Of a stretch of DNA of 64,000 nucleotides, positions 12,410 through 26,922 are shown piece by piece (positions within the stretch are counted from its first letter, which is position 1; every line of letters begins with the position of its first letter). The notes beneath the pieces were generated by a model, which was not told the origin of the DNA, made no database searches, and worked only from the letters and a program-made list of their open reading frames with translations. Origin of the DNA: Eledone cirrhosa. Taxonomy: Eukaryota. The DNA lies in assembly GCA_964016885.1 (NCBI GenBank), contig OZ024740.1:127534001-127598000 (forward strand), in the 5' to 3' direction. Both the position numbers and the translations under genes were made by a program.

Positions 12410-14840
12410 TAGGAGGAGTATTTAATTTTTGGAAGTCCGACAAATATAAATGTTTATAACTGATTTAGAGCACTCAACAGTTTACTAGAGTAAATGTTCA
12501 ATGATATTAAATAAATGGAAAATATATTTATAAAATCATAGTAATTGTGAAATTAATAGGAAAAGAAAATCCATAATACAATTATTCGATAGCTACAACC
12601 TTAAGTTAGAAATAGGAAATAACTATACAATTATTAACTTCTTAGACGTAACATTAAACCTTAACACAGGGCTCTACTATCCATTCCATAAAATTAATTA
12701 GAATCTAAACTATGTAAGCTTTAACTCTAATCATCCTAGATCCATCAAGAATAATATTGTCAATTCTGTCCAACAACGGATTTCACGCATCTCCGCTAAT
12801 AAAAACATTTTTGACGATAAGGCAGAATATTATAATGAAGCTTTAAATAGAGCAGGGTATATAAATAAGATTAAATACAACGGCAACAGTAATAAGGCAA
12901 ATAATCCTACTATTAATTGTAATAATAATAAAAAAATTAACTTAAACTCTAAAACTAACAGAAGAACTAGAACTAGAACTATTATTTGCTACTCACCCCT
13001 CATTCTCATTAAGCGTAAAAAACACCTTTAGCAAAGCTATTCTTTAAAGCACTAGATAGATGTTTTCCTAAAGCCCACAGATACTACTCAATCTTTAACA
13101 GACATACTATAAAACTATCCTACTCTACTACTATGAACATAGCACAAAATATAAATACTATTAATAATAGAAATGTAGACTCTAACCAAAATAACCAAAA
13201 TAGCAGTAATATCTCTAGCAATATCCAACATAATAGTACCTTTCCGAACAACAGCAACTTCGTAAAATGTAACTGTAGAATTAAATCAAACTGTCCTTTA
13301 CAAAATAAGTGTTTAGATAAAAACGTGGTCTATAAATGTACAGTTAAAACTAGTGATAATATATTTAACTATGTCGGTGCAACTTCTATAGAATTTAAAA
13401 GTCGCTGGAATAACCAAAATTGCTCTTTCCGAAGATTTGATAACAAATCTTCAACTTCACTTTCAAACCTGATATGGAACTTAAAATGCAAAAATATGGA
13501 CTTTTCATTAGCTTGGGAAACAGTTCCATAAGCATCCGCGTACCAAAACACAGCTTTATCTAGATTCGGCAAATTGTATATTGAGGAAATTGTTTACATA
13601 CTTAAAAGTAAAAACGCTATTAATCTAAGAGCGAATTTATTTACTTCCTGTAGACATCGCCAGATTTCAACATTCGGAACTATATATAATGTATAATTTT
13701 ACTTATAATATTTCTACTTATTTCCATAACAATCTCATCCACTTGGTTTTAATATATTGATATCTGTAAATCATATCTATATCATTTGCTGTAATTCCAC
13801 TTCTTAAAGTTTCATGAAATATATACGTATATAATTCTAATCTTTTTTTTTATTTAAATTTAAATTTTAATAATTTTTATTTCTTTAAAAATTACTTATC
13901 TCTTATAAATTATAATTTTTTTTTAATTTTCTCAAATTTTTCAATATTTTTTCAATACGTTTTCAATATTTTTTCAATACTTTATCAATATTTTTTCAAT
14001 ATTTTTCAATAGATTTATAACCACTAACTGATTCTGGCTAAATGTATCTTTCAACAGCTATACTTATTTTGACTAAATAGTCTCACACTAACGAATAAAT
14101 AATTTAAACCGGAGTTTTTTCCGTATCTTCCCATTTTGAATCATATAAATATAAATATTCTTATTAACTCAGATAATTTAATTTAATTTAACTTAATATT
14201 TCTTTGCATTAAATACAAACCCAATATCCCTCATAACTCATTAGAACAATTATCTATACATGATGATAACCATATATTTATTTATTTATTTATTTATTTA
14301 TTTATTTTGTATTTATTTATTTATTTATTTATTTATTTTGTATTTATTTATTTATTTATCTACTTATAACAGAAGAAAAATATTATATTATAAACAAATT
14401 TTAAACAACTAGTAATCTTAAATACACGTACTATTACGATATACACTTAGAATATATTTCCCTCAAATTAATGTTATCTGAATTATTATTCATCTTCTCT
14501 TGTTTCTTTCTTCTCTCTCTCTCGCACTATTTTATCCTTCTCCTCTTCTCTCTTCTCTCTCTCTCTCCATAGTCGTTTAAATAAACGGTTGTTTTTCAAT
14601 TATTTACATATTCATTTGCATATTCACACATAAGATTGAAAACTCCCTAATATATTTCCACTATCCAGTGAATTTCCAACCGATAAGGTATGACTTTCAT
14701 GGGTATGTCTCTATTTTAAAACAAACTTTGTATTTTATCTGATGAAAGCGTACCAATGTGTATTGGTACCCTTGAAATATATATAATAAAATAAATATGG
14801 TTTTATTTAATATAGTTTCCATTTATTTAATATCATTGTA
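12407..14840 (+). mobile_element. 5'-truncated Hydra-like PLE: inverted pLTR stub, RT C-terminus/GIY-YIG, pLTR
   Basis: 12440-12540 is the reverse complement of the pLTR end seen at 10601-10690. NFLDVTLNL and KCNCRIKSNCPLQNKCLDKNVVY...YVGAT (13133-13531). HHR at 14731. (TA)n on both sides. Confidence 0.85.
14731..14793 (+). ncRNA. Type I minimal hammerhead ribozyme
   Basis: Helix I tattttat/ataaaata, CTGATGA, helix II aag-c-gtaccaat/attggtac-c-ctt, GAAA-t-ATAT-a-TA with a palindromic loop 3. Confidence 0.9.
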
Positions 14841-14931
14841 TATATATATATATATTTATGTATGTGTGTGTATATATGTTTATTTATATGTGTGTATATT
14901 TGTATGTGTGTGTATATATATATGCGTGTGA

Positions 14932-14969
<38 letters not shown>

Positions 14970-15717
14970 GATGGTATGTATATGTGTTCATACATGTACA
15001 TGAGTTCATGTGAGTGATTGTTACAATAAATATATTCGTAAAAATAAGTCTCCAAACAGGAATATCTTATTAACACTATGAGCAACAAGAGACATTTCAA
15101 AATCTACCAGAGAATTGCTTGCTAAATCAGTTCACTTCGATCCAAATATAGAATAAATAAACAAGTAAATGAATAATCAATCCAGTTCAATTTCTTTGTT
15201 CGACACATAAGTATACTATTCTGTGACAAAATTAGATGATGACTTGACGAGGTAAATAACTAACTGTCTCTAGAAATGGGAAGAAAATAAATTAGAGCAA
15301 GAAAGAAATGAAAAGGCACAATATTTCCTTTAAATTGCCCCATTGAGTGTTATTTTCGGAGTAGATTAGTCCTATAGCATTTCTAAGCTGTTAGATTTAC
15401 AAATTACTGAATTTTCTACTGCTATAGCAATTTCTTCTCATCTTAAAACGCATTACACATTTATATATTTTCATTTGTGTCTGTCTCTATTTTCTTTGAT
15501 TTTGTTGATATTTTGTTGTCAATCAGATATTTTGTTGTCAATCAGACCCTCAGCATTGTTAATAAACTCTACTCTTATACTGGAGAAATACATTTGTAAA
15601 AGCCAACGATTCTATGAATTGTTCGAACATTTTCGAAATCAAATTATTTTGTTTTCTACCTTTCAATAATATTACACCATCTTATTTTTCTTTATATAAG
15701 TGGTTAACATCAATATG

Positions 15718-15797
<80 letters not shown>

Positions 15798-15818
15798 CAT
15801 ACATATTGATGTTAACCA

Positions 15819-15868
<50 letters not shown>

Positions 15869-16634
15869 CGTGTGTGTGTGGGGGGGGGGTATGTGTGTGT
15901 GGGTGTGTGTATGTGTGTGTGTGTGTGTGTGTGTGCAGGTAGTGTACATCTGTACACAGGCGTTCAACATTTTTTACGACAGGTGTGGGTAAAAAGCATT
16001 AAACGGACATTATACCGATATATATTCAATAAAAACACTCAGATACAAAACACAAACTATTTTTTTATTCTAAAAATGAAGACTGATAGAATTGTGTGAT
16101 TTATCTTCTGTTGATTATTTGAATTATATTTTTTAATCTTTTCCTATTAGTTTGAAATTATTTTCTTCTTTTCGTTATTTTATCTCAAAAATTTCTTTCG
16201 TGGTTTCCTGTGTTGTACATAAGATAAGATTTCTTCGAAACATTTTTCGAAAAAGTATCTATCTTTTTATATTTTAAGAACGTTTATTCTCTCATTCTTT
16301 CATTCCTTTTTTTGTATTTCTTTTATTTATTTATTTTCATTTTGTTCTCTGAAAATAGATCATGTTTCAGTTTATCGAAGTTTTACAAATAATTAAATAA
16401 ATACATAAATAGACCAAACTAAATATTTTCACAATAATTTTACACTAATCATTACAGTAAAAATGTAAAAGAAAAAACCTATATCACAATAAAAAATGTT
16501 GTACAATAAAAAGAAAAATGTATTGTAACTAAATCTTTCGCCCAAAAACGAGTATAAATACATTTACTATATGATTTTTTTGATTTAACATTCACTCTCT
16601 CTATATGTACAGATATTTATATATATACAGATAA

Positions 16635-16773
<139 letters not shown>

Positions 16774-18756
16774 AACATATATACATATATATATGCATAC
16801 CCACATACATATATACACACTCACAAATAGACACAGACACACACATTGTTTTTCCTAATCTTTCGCGCACATTCTCTTTATATTTGTACGAATTTTTTCT
16901 CGTTGATTTGCAGATTTATTTTTATTTGTTTTATTTAATTATTTATTTATTTGATAATTTGAAATGCTACGAAAATATCTGGAATGTCGCCTGTTACACA
17001 TCGCAATAAAAATCAATGTTTGCATATTATTTTTGAGACATTACTTCTCTGTTATTTTCAAATCATGATATCATGTAAGGTGAAATGCAATACGTTAATT
17101 AAAACATAAAACTTAATTTGATTAATGTAATTTCCTGTACATGCTTTAAATACATATATTTACACTTGATCGAGTATTTAGATTCAATATATATATATAT
17201 ATATATTCATGTTTAATTAAATTCTAACAAAAATCAAAAACAAATTAATAATGTTGACCTAATAATGTCAAAACGAGATATTTGAAAATTAACTATAAAA
17301 GTGGTCTGTATATAGGTTACATTGGTACGACCAATCTAGTAATAAATACTTTGAATTTGATTCTTTTAAGATATGGGTAACATTGTCAGTGGTACAGTGA
17401 TTATTTTACAGAAATATTTAGTAAACTCTACTTTGAAAAGGAAAATCTGGCAGGTAGAGAAACGACAATTTTTGTTCGATTTCTATCTAATATAACGATT
17501 ATCTTGCTCGCAAAAGAAGTGAAAATTGCTGAGTATCCGGAAAGAAATGCCCCATTAACGGATCTCTCAGGGATATTAATCATGACATAGTATTATGATG
17601 TCCTATTGAATTATAGGTATTGACTGGACCAACATAAAATCAACTTGCTTTTGCCAGGACACAATGCATCGCTAGAAATCGAACTACCTGTAGTGCTCCG
17701 AACAATCTAGGTCTCGCGTCTTTAGTATTGGAACGCTTACCATCTAAGTAAAGACCTTATAGGAGCTGAATTATTGTTGAAATTGCCATAATGTATATCT
17801 GCGACACAATTCACTCCGTGTTTAAATCACACTGGGCAACTTTGACTTTCATCCTTTCAGGATCGATAAAAAAACGACGAGTATTGTGCTAGGAATGAAC
17901 GGGATTGTTAAAGCATCATACTTAATGATTCCGATATATCTTTACGCGCTTTTTAAATTTGGGTTTGCTTGAAACCTCACTGGTGTCATGCAGCATCGAT
18001 ACTTGCAATTATCCTGTTCGAAATTGGTAGCATAAAGAGAAGCAAGTAAGGATTTTCAACTAAAATAATTTCACTAGATTTCGCCATAGGGAGTAAATTT
18101 CCCGACGCAAATCTATGGTTGTACGGGATACAGTTACTAACTTATATGTAATATTTGGGATTCAAATAAAAAAACATTATTTGTTTGCTGACAGTTAAAG
18201 TCCTCTATTAGAGACACTTCAGAACTCTCACCATGGAGCATGTTCTCCTGAATCATAAACTACGCGAAATGACATTTCTTGACGGTTGGGTCTATAAAAA
18301 TCCACTTATCATCAGTTAAATAAGGTCATGCAAATTTAAACTTATGAACTCGAAATATTGAACTATGATGCTGGATATTAATAAAGCAATACTAGAATTG
18401 AGAAGACGTTCAAACAAAGACAGGCTAATATTGAACAAAACATGTATGTAAATGATAGTAATAAACAAAGAATTAGACAACGTGGCATTACCTTGTATAA
18501 TCATCCAGCCGGAATATAAGTATCGTTCAAAATTATTTGTAAATATTATACATAATAAATAATAAATGATTCCTGACTAGGCATATATACCATAGGGTAG
18601 TTATTAATATACTAATAATATTACATGCTCACAATAAACAATTTGGCTTACAATATAGATTGTAGTGGTAATAGGCAAATAACAAAACAGATATCCATTA
18701 AGCAAAAGTAATTCTATGAAAACAGTGTTTGAGATGAATAGTCATTGTGAGCAAAT

Positions 18757-18973
18757 GGGGTCCCACGTGCTGGCCTGCCGAGAGCCCCGGTGGACTGAAT
18801 GGAGAAGTCGTTTCCCCGGAGGTTGGTAAGGGAGATGCGCTGGAATAGCCATTCCAACTCGCGAGACTAACACCTGCGACTGGCCAGCTCAGCCCCTAGG
18901 GGAAGTCTCCACTGCCAAGGGCACGACCGTGAACCTGTCGGAGAGCCACCTGTACTTATGAAATGAAATGAAA
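18757..18973 (+). mobile_element. GC-rich SINE-like or LINE 3' fragment with (TGAAA)n tail
   Basis: Abrupt GC-rich island ending tgaaatgaaatgaaa. Confidence 0.4.
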
Positions 18974-20492
18974 GTGTTTGTTTGTAATTCTAACAGCCTC
19001 GTTGTCAAGCTTATGTTTAAAACCCCATTAAACAAGTTAAACGAGTCAACGTAAGTACTATATGTCTATGTTTATAAAATAAACATTGAAAATATCATTA
19101 CCTATAAGATATGACAATCAGTATGACAATCTGGAACCTAGTTCAGGATATATTCTCTTTAATTGTAGAATTCCAGGGAAAATGTAATTTATAAATGCAC
19201 AGTTACCACTGCAAATAGCATCAATGTGTAAATAGGATGCACAACAAATTCTACATTTAGAGTCTTTTACAAATGAAAATGAAAATGAAGGCGTCCGAAA
19301 CTTTAAGAACTTCTTCCTGCTATTTCCAGCATATTCTGTACCGATTGAGTCGTTATTTCTGTTTACCTTTTACATCCACATATATATATATATACATATA
19401 TAACATATTATATGGTAGTAAAGATATTATGTTATATTTAGCAGCAGATATCATACCATCGGTAATAGCAACAACTTATATTGTGTCTGTCGTTGGTTCA
19501 CCTACTTACACGAATGGCGGAATAATAATTGAAAGCCTACAATATTTTTTATCTGAAAGGAACAATGTTTCTTTACGCATCATAGAAGACAAAATATTGT
19601 GTAGCTATTCTAATCCTATTAGATATATATCAATTCTAAGTCCATCAAACTCTCTTCGTACTTTTTTTTCATAAGCTGATAGTATATCTATCTATAAATT
19701 TACCTATATATATAGTTCAAGAATAAACAAGACAAAACACATAAATACATCAACACAAAGACGTATTAGGTACAAGCTTGGGGAGAAGTAAATGAGGGAT
19801 TCAACTTATCGGTCATAAGTACTTCTTCAGGAAATAGCAAATTCGGAAAGAGAAAAGCTTGAAACAACAGAGTTGTTTTAAAGTTTAATGCATACGACAA
19901 TCCGCTACTCACCATCCAGTCGAATACTTCGTTCCGAAAATACGGATATATATATATACGCATGGAGACATACAGACATGCAGGTATATATATATATACA
20001 CATCAACGATCATACCAATGAAAATGCATGCATATACACATGGGTATACATAGAGTAACAGAAAAATAGATTTTTTTAAATCATAGAAATACACATCCAT
20101 TAATGATTCACAAACCAGGCACCCATGTAAAGAGGAGAAACATCAATAACATGCACATTCGCGAAATACATTCTATCTGCACACACGTAACACTACCAAT
20201 GATACATCTGGACTCATCAATGTGACCGCCACCCATCATCCCCAACTACTTCCCTAGTCTCCTAACCCACCTTAAAAAAGCTATTTTATCTCTCATTATT
20301 TTCCGAATATTCAGTCTCATTTCTCTCTGTAATGTACTCTTTCTTGATGAAGTATTTATATCTGATACACTGAAATATCGTTCTGTTTCTTTATATCTAT
20401 ATCCTTATTCCCAAGCCCGAACCTAATACGATATTATGTTTTTTCATAAATGTGTGTGTATGTATGTGTCTATTTATATATATATATATATA

Positions 20493-22152
20493 TCATCATC
20501 ATCATCATCGTCATCACCGTTTTACGTCCGTTCTTCCATGCTAGCATGGTTTAGACAGGTTGTGCTGTTGCGGGCAGTAGTTGGTCAGCTTACCATGCCT
20601 TGCTCATACAGGAACTGATAATGGCTTGATTTCTACTGTTGGATGCCCTTCCTAACACCAACCTCATTTACAGTGAGTGCTGGATGCTTTTTTCCGTGGC
20701 GCCTCCACGACCAATTTGCAGTGGGAGGTGGTGGGGGCATATTGTCTATATGCTTCAGCTTCGGCTTGTACCCATGGGAGTTTGGGTACTCCGTATTACT
20801 GCGTGAAACCAGAGGTCACCGTCGTGTGTCATCGCCTTTGAGAGGTGTAATTGGTTAAGGTCGGCTTTTATCAACTCATCCCAGAACCTTTTGGGTCTAC
20901 CCACTCCACGGTTTCCATAGACTTCTAGTGCTCTGCACCTTTTTATGCAGCAGTCATCCTTCATACGCATCACTTGTCCATACCAACGCAACCGCCTCTC
21001 TTGCACACAACATTTGATTCCTCTTATGCTCAGTCTCTCTCTCAATTCATTTATGCTTTGCTGTTCGCGTATATTACTATTACACATCCATCGGAGCTGC
21101 AGGCTTCGTTTCTTTCTAATCTACGTTAGTCTTCCACCTTCAACGCCCAGGTCTCATTACCATGTACCATTGCTGTTCGTATACACGCATCATACAGTCT
21201 GCCTTTCATTTTGAGGGAAAAGCCTTTTGCAGCTAGCATTGGCAGTAGCTCCCTGAACTACTTCCATCCCGTTCTTACCCTAGTTATTGTACTTTCTGAA
21301 CACCCACCTCCGCTGCTAATTCGGTCACCTAGGTAGCAGAAGCTATATATTCTTTCTACAGAGCCCTCCCAAAGATTGATGGTACTTGTTTCCTGTGGCT
21401 GTTTGCTGCTTGTTGTCCCAGGACAGCTGCTACATGTGAAGCCTACATTCTTAATTAAGCTTCATGAGATCCCGCTACATCTCTTGTGTAACCATTGTTT
21501 GCATTTGGGGCAGAGAATAGAGTTCCTACCCACACTTTTCCTACATACTGAACAAGGCCCCTTCCCTGAGGGGATCTGGGTTCTGTTTTCTCGTCTACTT
21601 ACAAGGACCTTAGTCTTTGTCATCTTGACTTTGAGACCCTTTCTTTCTAGTCCCTGCTTCCAAGTTTGGAATTTCTTCTCTAGTTCTACCATAGATTCAG
21701 CTATAAGTGCGAGGTCATCTGCATAGAGGAGTTCCCATGGGCATCCGGTCTTAAACTCCTCCGTTATTGCCTGCAGGATTATAATTAACAGGAGAGGGCT
21801 AAGAACAGAGCCGTGGTGGACACCGACCTGTACGCTAAATTCCTCGCTATACGCATTGCTAATCCTAACTTTGCTGACTGCTCCCCTATACATGTCTTGT
21901 ATAGCTTTCACAAGACATTCGTCTAATCCTAGTTTTCTAAGAGCCCACCAGATTATAGCACGTGGAACTATGTCAAAGGCTTTCTGGAGATCGACGAATG
22001 TCAGGTAGAGTGGCTTACTTTTAGCTAGGTACTTTTTCTGTAACTGCCTCACAAGGAAGAGGGCATCAGTGGTGCCTCTTCCTGGTACAAACCCAAATTG
22101 CATCTCATCTAGTTTCACCCGGTCCCTAATCGACTGTGCTGTAACTCTTTCT
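20493..22152 (-). mobile_element. RTE-clade LINE, 5'-truncated (RT, Cys-rich insert, C-terminus, (GAT)n tail)
   Basis: QFGFVPGRGTTDA, FVDLQKAFD, GVHHGSVLSP, LLYADDLAL, CSVC..C..C..WLHKRC, RLRWYGQVMR, GRPKRFW. Same family as 9586-10340. Confidence 0.92.
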
Positions 22153-22311
22153 GACAGCTATTTCTGGACTGTAGTCCAGAAATAGCCGTCTAATCGGCTT
22201 GAGCTCTGCCGTCGGGGTCATACTTGTCCTACTAACTACTCTACTACACTAAGTATTGAGTACTTCGGTGCGTTATTGTCCATCTGGTTCTTTACCACAA
22301 TTCCTTCGTTA
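22153..22311 (+). repeat. Short dispersed repeat (second copy 26552-26692) ending at (TA)n
   Basis: Shared tagtccaga..tagccgtc..gagctc..gtattgagtact..ttccttcgtta. This copy has a short foldback head. Confidence 0.7.
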
Positions 22312-22376
22312 TACATCTATATATATATATATATATCTATATCTATATATCTATATATATATATATATATATATAT

Positions 22377-22795
22377 ACGTGGGAAAGTGAAAAATCGGAG
22401 AATAGACCGTTAAACATGTTTAATTAAAATATCAACTACGTACGTTTCGCCCAGTAGGGCTTCTCAAGGGCATAAACAATCACAAGTGTTCCTTATATTG
22501 TTCGGAAAGAGTTTTGGGGGTTAAATCCACATCGAGATTCATTGTTCGCAAAAATATCTTGTTTTGATTTTGCAGCAGGTCCTGCAGCAGGACCTGCTGC
22601 AAAATCAAAACAAGATATTTTTGCGAACAATGAATCTCGATGTGGATTTAACCCCCAAAACTCTTTCCGAACAATATAAGGAACACTTGTGATTGTTTAT
22701 GCCCTTGAGAAGCCCTACTGGGCGAAACGTACGTAGTTGATATTTTAATTAAACATGTTTAACGGTCTATTCTCCGATTTTTCACTTTCCCACGT
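22377..22795. repeat. Perfect foldback palindrome (209-bp arms, 1-nt spacer) of a PLE 3' end/pLTR
   Basis: Arms 22377-22585 and 22587-22795; contains gccc-tact-gggc-GAAAC-GTAC-GTA. Confidence 0.95.
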
Positions 22796-22960
22796 GCTTA
22801 CGCTCTGCTAACTCTCTAGCCCACTAAATATTAACACTTCGAATATTTAATACTGCCGGCACTAGTATCGAGCACCTTTGGCATACGCTACTTGGCAAAT
22901 AACTATATGTATCACCTATCCCTCCTTTTTTTTTTTTTCCTCTCTTTCTCGATACGTAAA

Positions 22961-23072
<112 letters not shown>

Positions 23073-23089
23073 GTATGTATGTATGTATG

Positions 23090-23310
23090 GTCGGGTCGTT
23101 GGCGACTAAACTGGCAACCCCACCAAAGTTTCTTGGTGAGGTGGGTGACTTGGACATCCTGCTGGACTAAAAAAAAACCTGTCAAAAGGGCAAAGGAGCT
23201 CTTAAGAGTCAATGGCCATCCAAAATCACAGGGAGAGATGAACCCTTAGCCTTTGAAAAGGCAGAATTCTAGGAGAAGGAAAACTCTGATATAAAACCTG
23301 CAACCCTGGT
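23090..23310 (+). mobile_element. Probable RTE-clade LINE 5' UTR fragment
   Basis: ctaggagaaggaaaactctgatataaaacc resembles the sequence I recall from RTE 5' leaders; no ORF follows. Confidence 0.4.
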
Positions 23311-23706
23311 GGTATCCAATGATGTTGACTTGTTCTTCTTTTTGGTAAATCTCATATTGGTTAAGAGAGTGGGACTGGCTTTGTGCAGTGCCTTTGCTCA
23401 CTATAAAAGCTTCACGGCACAGGCATTGCTTTATATCTGGAGATATCTCTGCACTTGTCGTCACACGGTACCATGGCCCCAGCTCTATGTGTCAATAATT
23501 GTCACAAGTGTAGTATTTGTACCAGAGTTTCCAAGTCGGTGGCTGGACTAAAAAGGCACACTAGTTCAGCGCATCGGTAGGGGTTCTCCTACATGAATAT
23601 AAAGTAGTAGCCGTACTCGCAAACGAGTTGCCAGCCACTATGTATATATATATATATATATGTACACATATTTTGTAATCTCTCCTTTGTGTATTATATG
23701 TGTGTA

Positions 23707-23785
<79 letters not shown>

Positions 23786-23958
23786 TTAATTATACTATTT
23801 ATGGTTATGTAAATACAAAAACCTTTTGCAGTTATATATATTTTTTTATACAAACCCTAATTAGTGGTAGGCAGTAATATATTACTACCTTATTACCAGT
23901 AAGTTAAGTAGCTGTAAGCTGTAAGCTGTAATTTATAACTGTCCATTCATTAATAAAT

Positions 23959-24005
23959 TGCTCCGAAGAATCCAAACCTCGGTTTAGAGGAAACAGTTGT
24001 AAGCA
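23959..24005 (+). ncRNA. Minimal type I hammerhead, CCGAAGA core variant
   Basis: tgct-CCGAAGA-..aaacc/ggttt..-GAAA-c-agtt-g-TA-agca. Confidence 0.6.
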
Positions 24006-24036
24006 CAAAAATGTTTTGAATAGTTCTTTGATTCTT

Positions 24037-24118
<82 letters not shown>

Positions 24119-24168
24119 CACATATAATAGACACCACACAAATTTTATATATACATATATATATATGC

Positions 24169-24255
<87 letters not shown>

Positions 24256-24258
<3 letters not shown>

Positions 24259-25067
24259 TGGAAATTTAGTAAAATCGAATCTCTGGCGGTTTGCAAGCAA
24301 ATTTGGCCTACTTATATGAAATGATGAGTTAGCAAAGCACTCGATAAGTTAGGTCCTTAGAGTAATAACATACGTTTATATAGCTTGACAAATCGAACAT
24401 TGTGGTAGGCAAAATCTAACACACAATAATATACCAAAGTAATGATAGAAGTAACAGGCTGAGGAAAATACACCTGGATAAATCAAACGATTATACGTTT
24501 AGAGTGTTTCTTTGAATCCGAAATCAAATATCAGACTCACGTGACTGGCCAGCTCGTGGTATTCATGATCGAACGGAGGATTCAGTTTTTCAACAGGCTT
24601 TTCGTTCTACCCAGAACAGGGGTGATAGGCTAAATGTTGCTGCTAAATGCAGCGTATCGTATCTATAGCTGTCAGGGATTAATTCCAGAAAGGGAAATAA
24701 CCCCCGTTTTTTGGCGGGTCATTCAAAATGTTAGACAAAGGAAATATTTTAATTTCCGCTAATCATCAGATAAGCTCTGAACTAGATGTTATAAAACAAA
24801 CACAAATAATTAACCAATCAACAGAATTGTCTAATTAAATTAATTAGTTAATTATTAAATCTAGGAGAATAATATAATTGTAAATTTAGTAAAATCGAAT
24901 CTCTGGCGGTTTGCAAGCAAATTAGGCCTACTTATATGAAATGATGAGTTAGCAAAGCACTCGATAAGTTATGTCCTTAGAGTAATAACATACGTTTAAA
25001 TAGCTTGACAAATCGAACATTGTGGTAGGCAAAATCTAACACACAATAATATACCAAAGTAACGATA
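24256..25067. repeat. Direct repeats of about 190 bp (24256-24447 and 24876-25067) around a unique core
   Basis: Near-identical copies 620 bp apart between (TA)n tracts; a third stub is at 57428-57461. Confidence 0.85.
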
Positions 25068-25213
25068 TATGTATATATATACATATATATATATTCACAT
25101 ATAGATAAACGTAGATCAGAACCAGGTGATAATTTTGCAATAAGGTTGAATATTAAAAGCGCAGACGAGCAACATAATGTATATATGAAGGTGAATATAT
25201 GTATACAGGCACA

Positions 25214-25315
<102 letters not shown>

Positions 25316-25642
25316 TGTGTTAGTGTGAGAGAGTATGTGTTTGTATGTTCTTGTGAGAATTAATTTATTTGTTTCGGCATCTTTTTGTATCGATATTCCG
25401 AATTGAATAGAAAAGTAATTATATTTTCGTTTTAAGAAATCAATAAATAATCATCATATAATTTTACACTACTTGGTTCAAACTGTCTTATCGTTTCTGT
25501 TGCGTCGGGCATGTAACAATTGTGCAGTAGCAAAGATAGATATTTCTCTTCCATAAAAGATTTGCCGCATGAGTTGTACAGCTAGTCTACATAGGCAAAT
25601 TGGCACACACACCTACACATGTGTACATATAAATCTATACAT

Positions 25643-25684
<42 letters not shown>

Positions 25685-26486
25685 GTGAGTAGGGTGTGGG
25701 TTAGTATGTGTGTGTGTGTGTGTGAATAAATGTATGTATGTATGTATGTATGTATGTATAAGTAAATGTATAAACAACACGTAAAATAATAAGGTACTAT
25801 GAAGATATGTGTTAGTTTAAAGTTTGACATAGTAGGAACATAATAGTCTTAACGGTTCCAGCGTTAGTCTTTCATCAGACGACAGAATGAGGATGAGGAT
25901 AAATGGTAACATTCTCGTTTTCTTTTTCAGAGAAAGGACATGTTTTTTCAGTTAACTATTTTGGGGAAGTGCTGGTCAGTCTTTATCGTAGATATTAGAG
26001 AGGTTTGGAAAAGGAGATTTTGTGTATCTTGGATACGTGCGTGGATATGTGCTTGGAATGGTTTGTGAGAGGTTACGTCCATCAAACCGTTGTTAAATTA
26101 ACCTCACTGTTGGGTCATACTGTTGAGGGTGTGAGCGTGTGCTCGAGCTGACTAATGCTGGCAATGACAGTGGATGAGCAGTTTGGTAGCAGGTTTACAT
26201 GCATACATATGTTTCTAAATATCTATTCAAACACAAACATATGTTTGTAGATTTAATCATAGGTTTACATATGCGGATATATACGGATAATCAGACGAGT
26301 AGAAACAGTCGTACGGCGTTTTAGGGAAAGGAAGTCTTTGGTGACCATGTATGATACCCTGTCTCATGTCGTGAGTATGGCTGTAAGAGATACTGCGGAA
26401 GTTCAGCTTCATTGATATGACGGTAAAACACCCAACGGCTGAATCACGATATGCCTCCTTGTAGGTAGGTAGGGCTGTGAAATGAT

Positions 26487-26551
<65 letters not shown>

Positions 26552-26557
<6 letters not shown>

Positions 26558-26690
26558 CAGAATTAGCCGTCGAAACAGCTTGAGCTCAGCCGCCGGGGTC
26601 CCACTCGTTCCTATTACCCACTCTACTACCCTAAGTATTGAGTACTTTGGTGCGTTATGGTCCATCTGGTTCCTTACCACGTTTCCTTCG

Positions 26691-26692
<2 letters not shown>
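26552..26692 (+). repeat. Second copy of the 22153-22311 repeat, inside (TA)n
   Basis: Direct similarity. Confidence 0.7.
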
Positions 26693-26760
<68 letters not shown>

Positions 26761-26922
26761 CAAGTTATCGTTATAGGTAATCCAGTTAGAGTACTCCGCG
26801 TCGTGGATAGTATTAACGTATGGCTTTGTTTGTCTGAACAAGATGTTTTCATAGTCATGCAGCGAATTCTCGGTAATCTCTATGCAGGTTATACTTGAAG
26901 TAATAATAGTTGAAGAAAGAAG

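Noticed and set aside
24740-24775. CTGATGA-ttagcg-GAAA on the minus strand
   Set aside because: No helix I or III partner, so likely chance.
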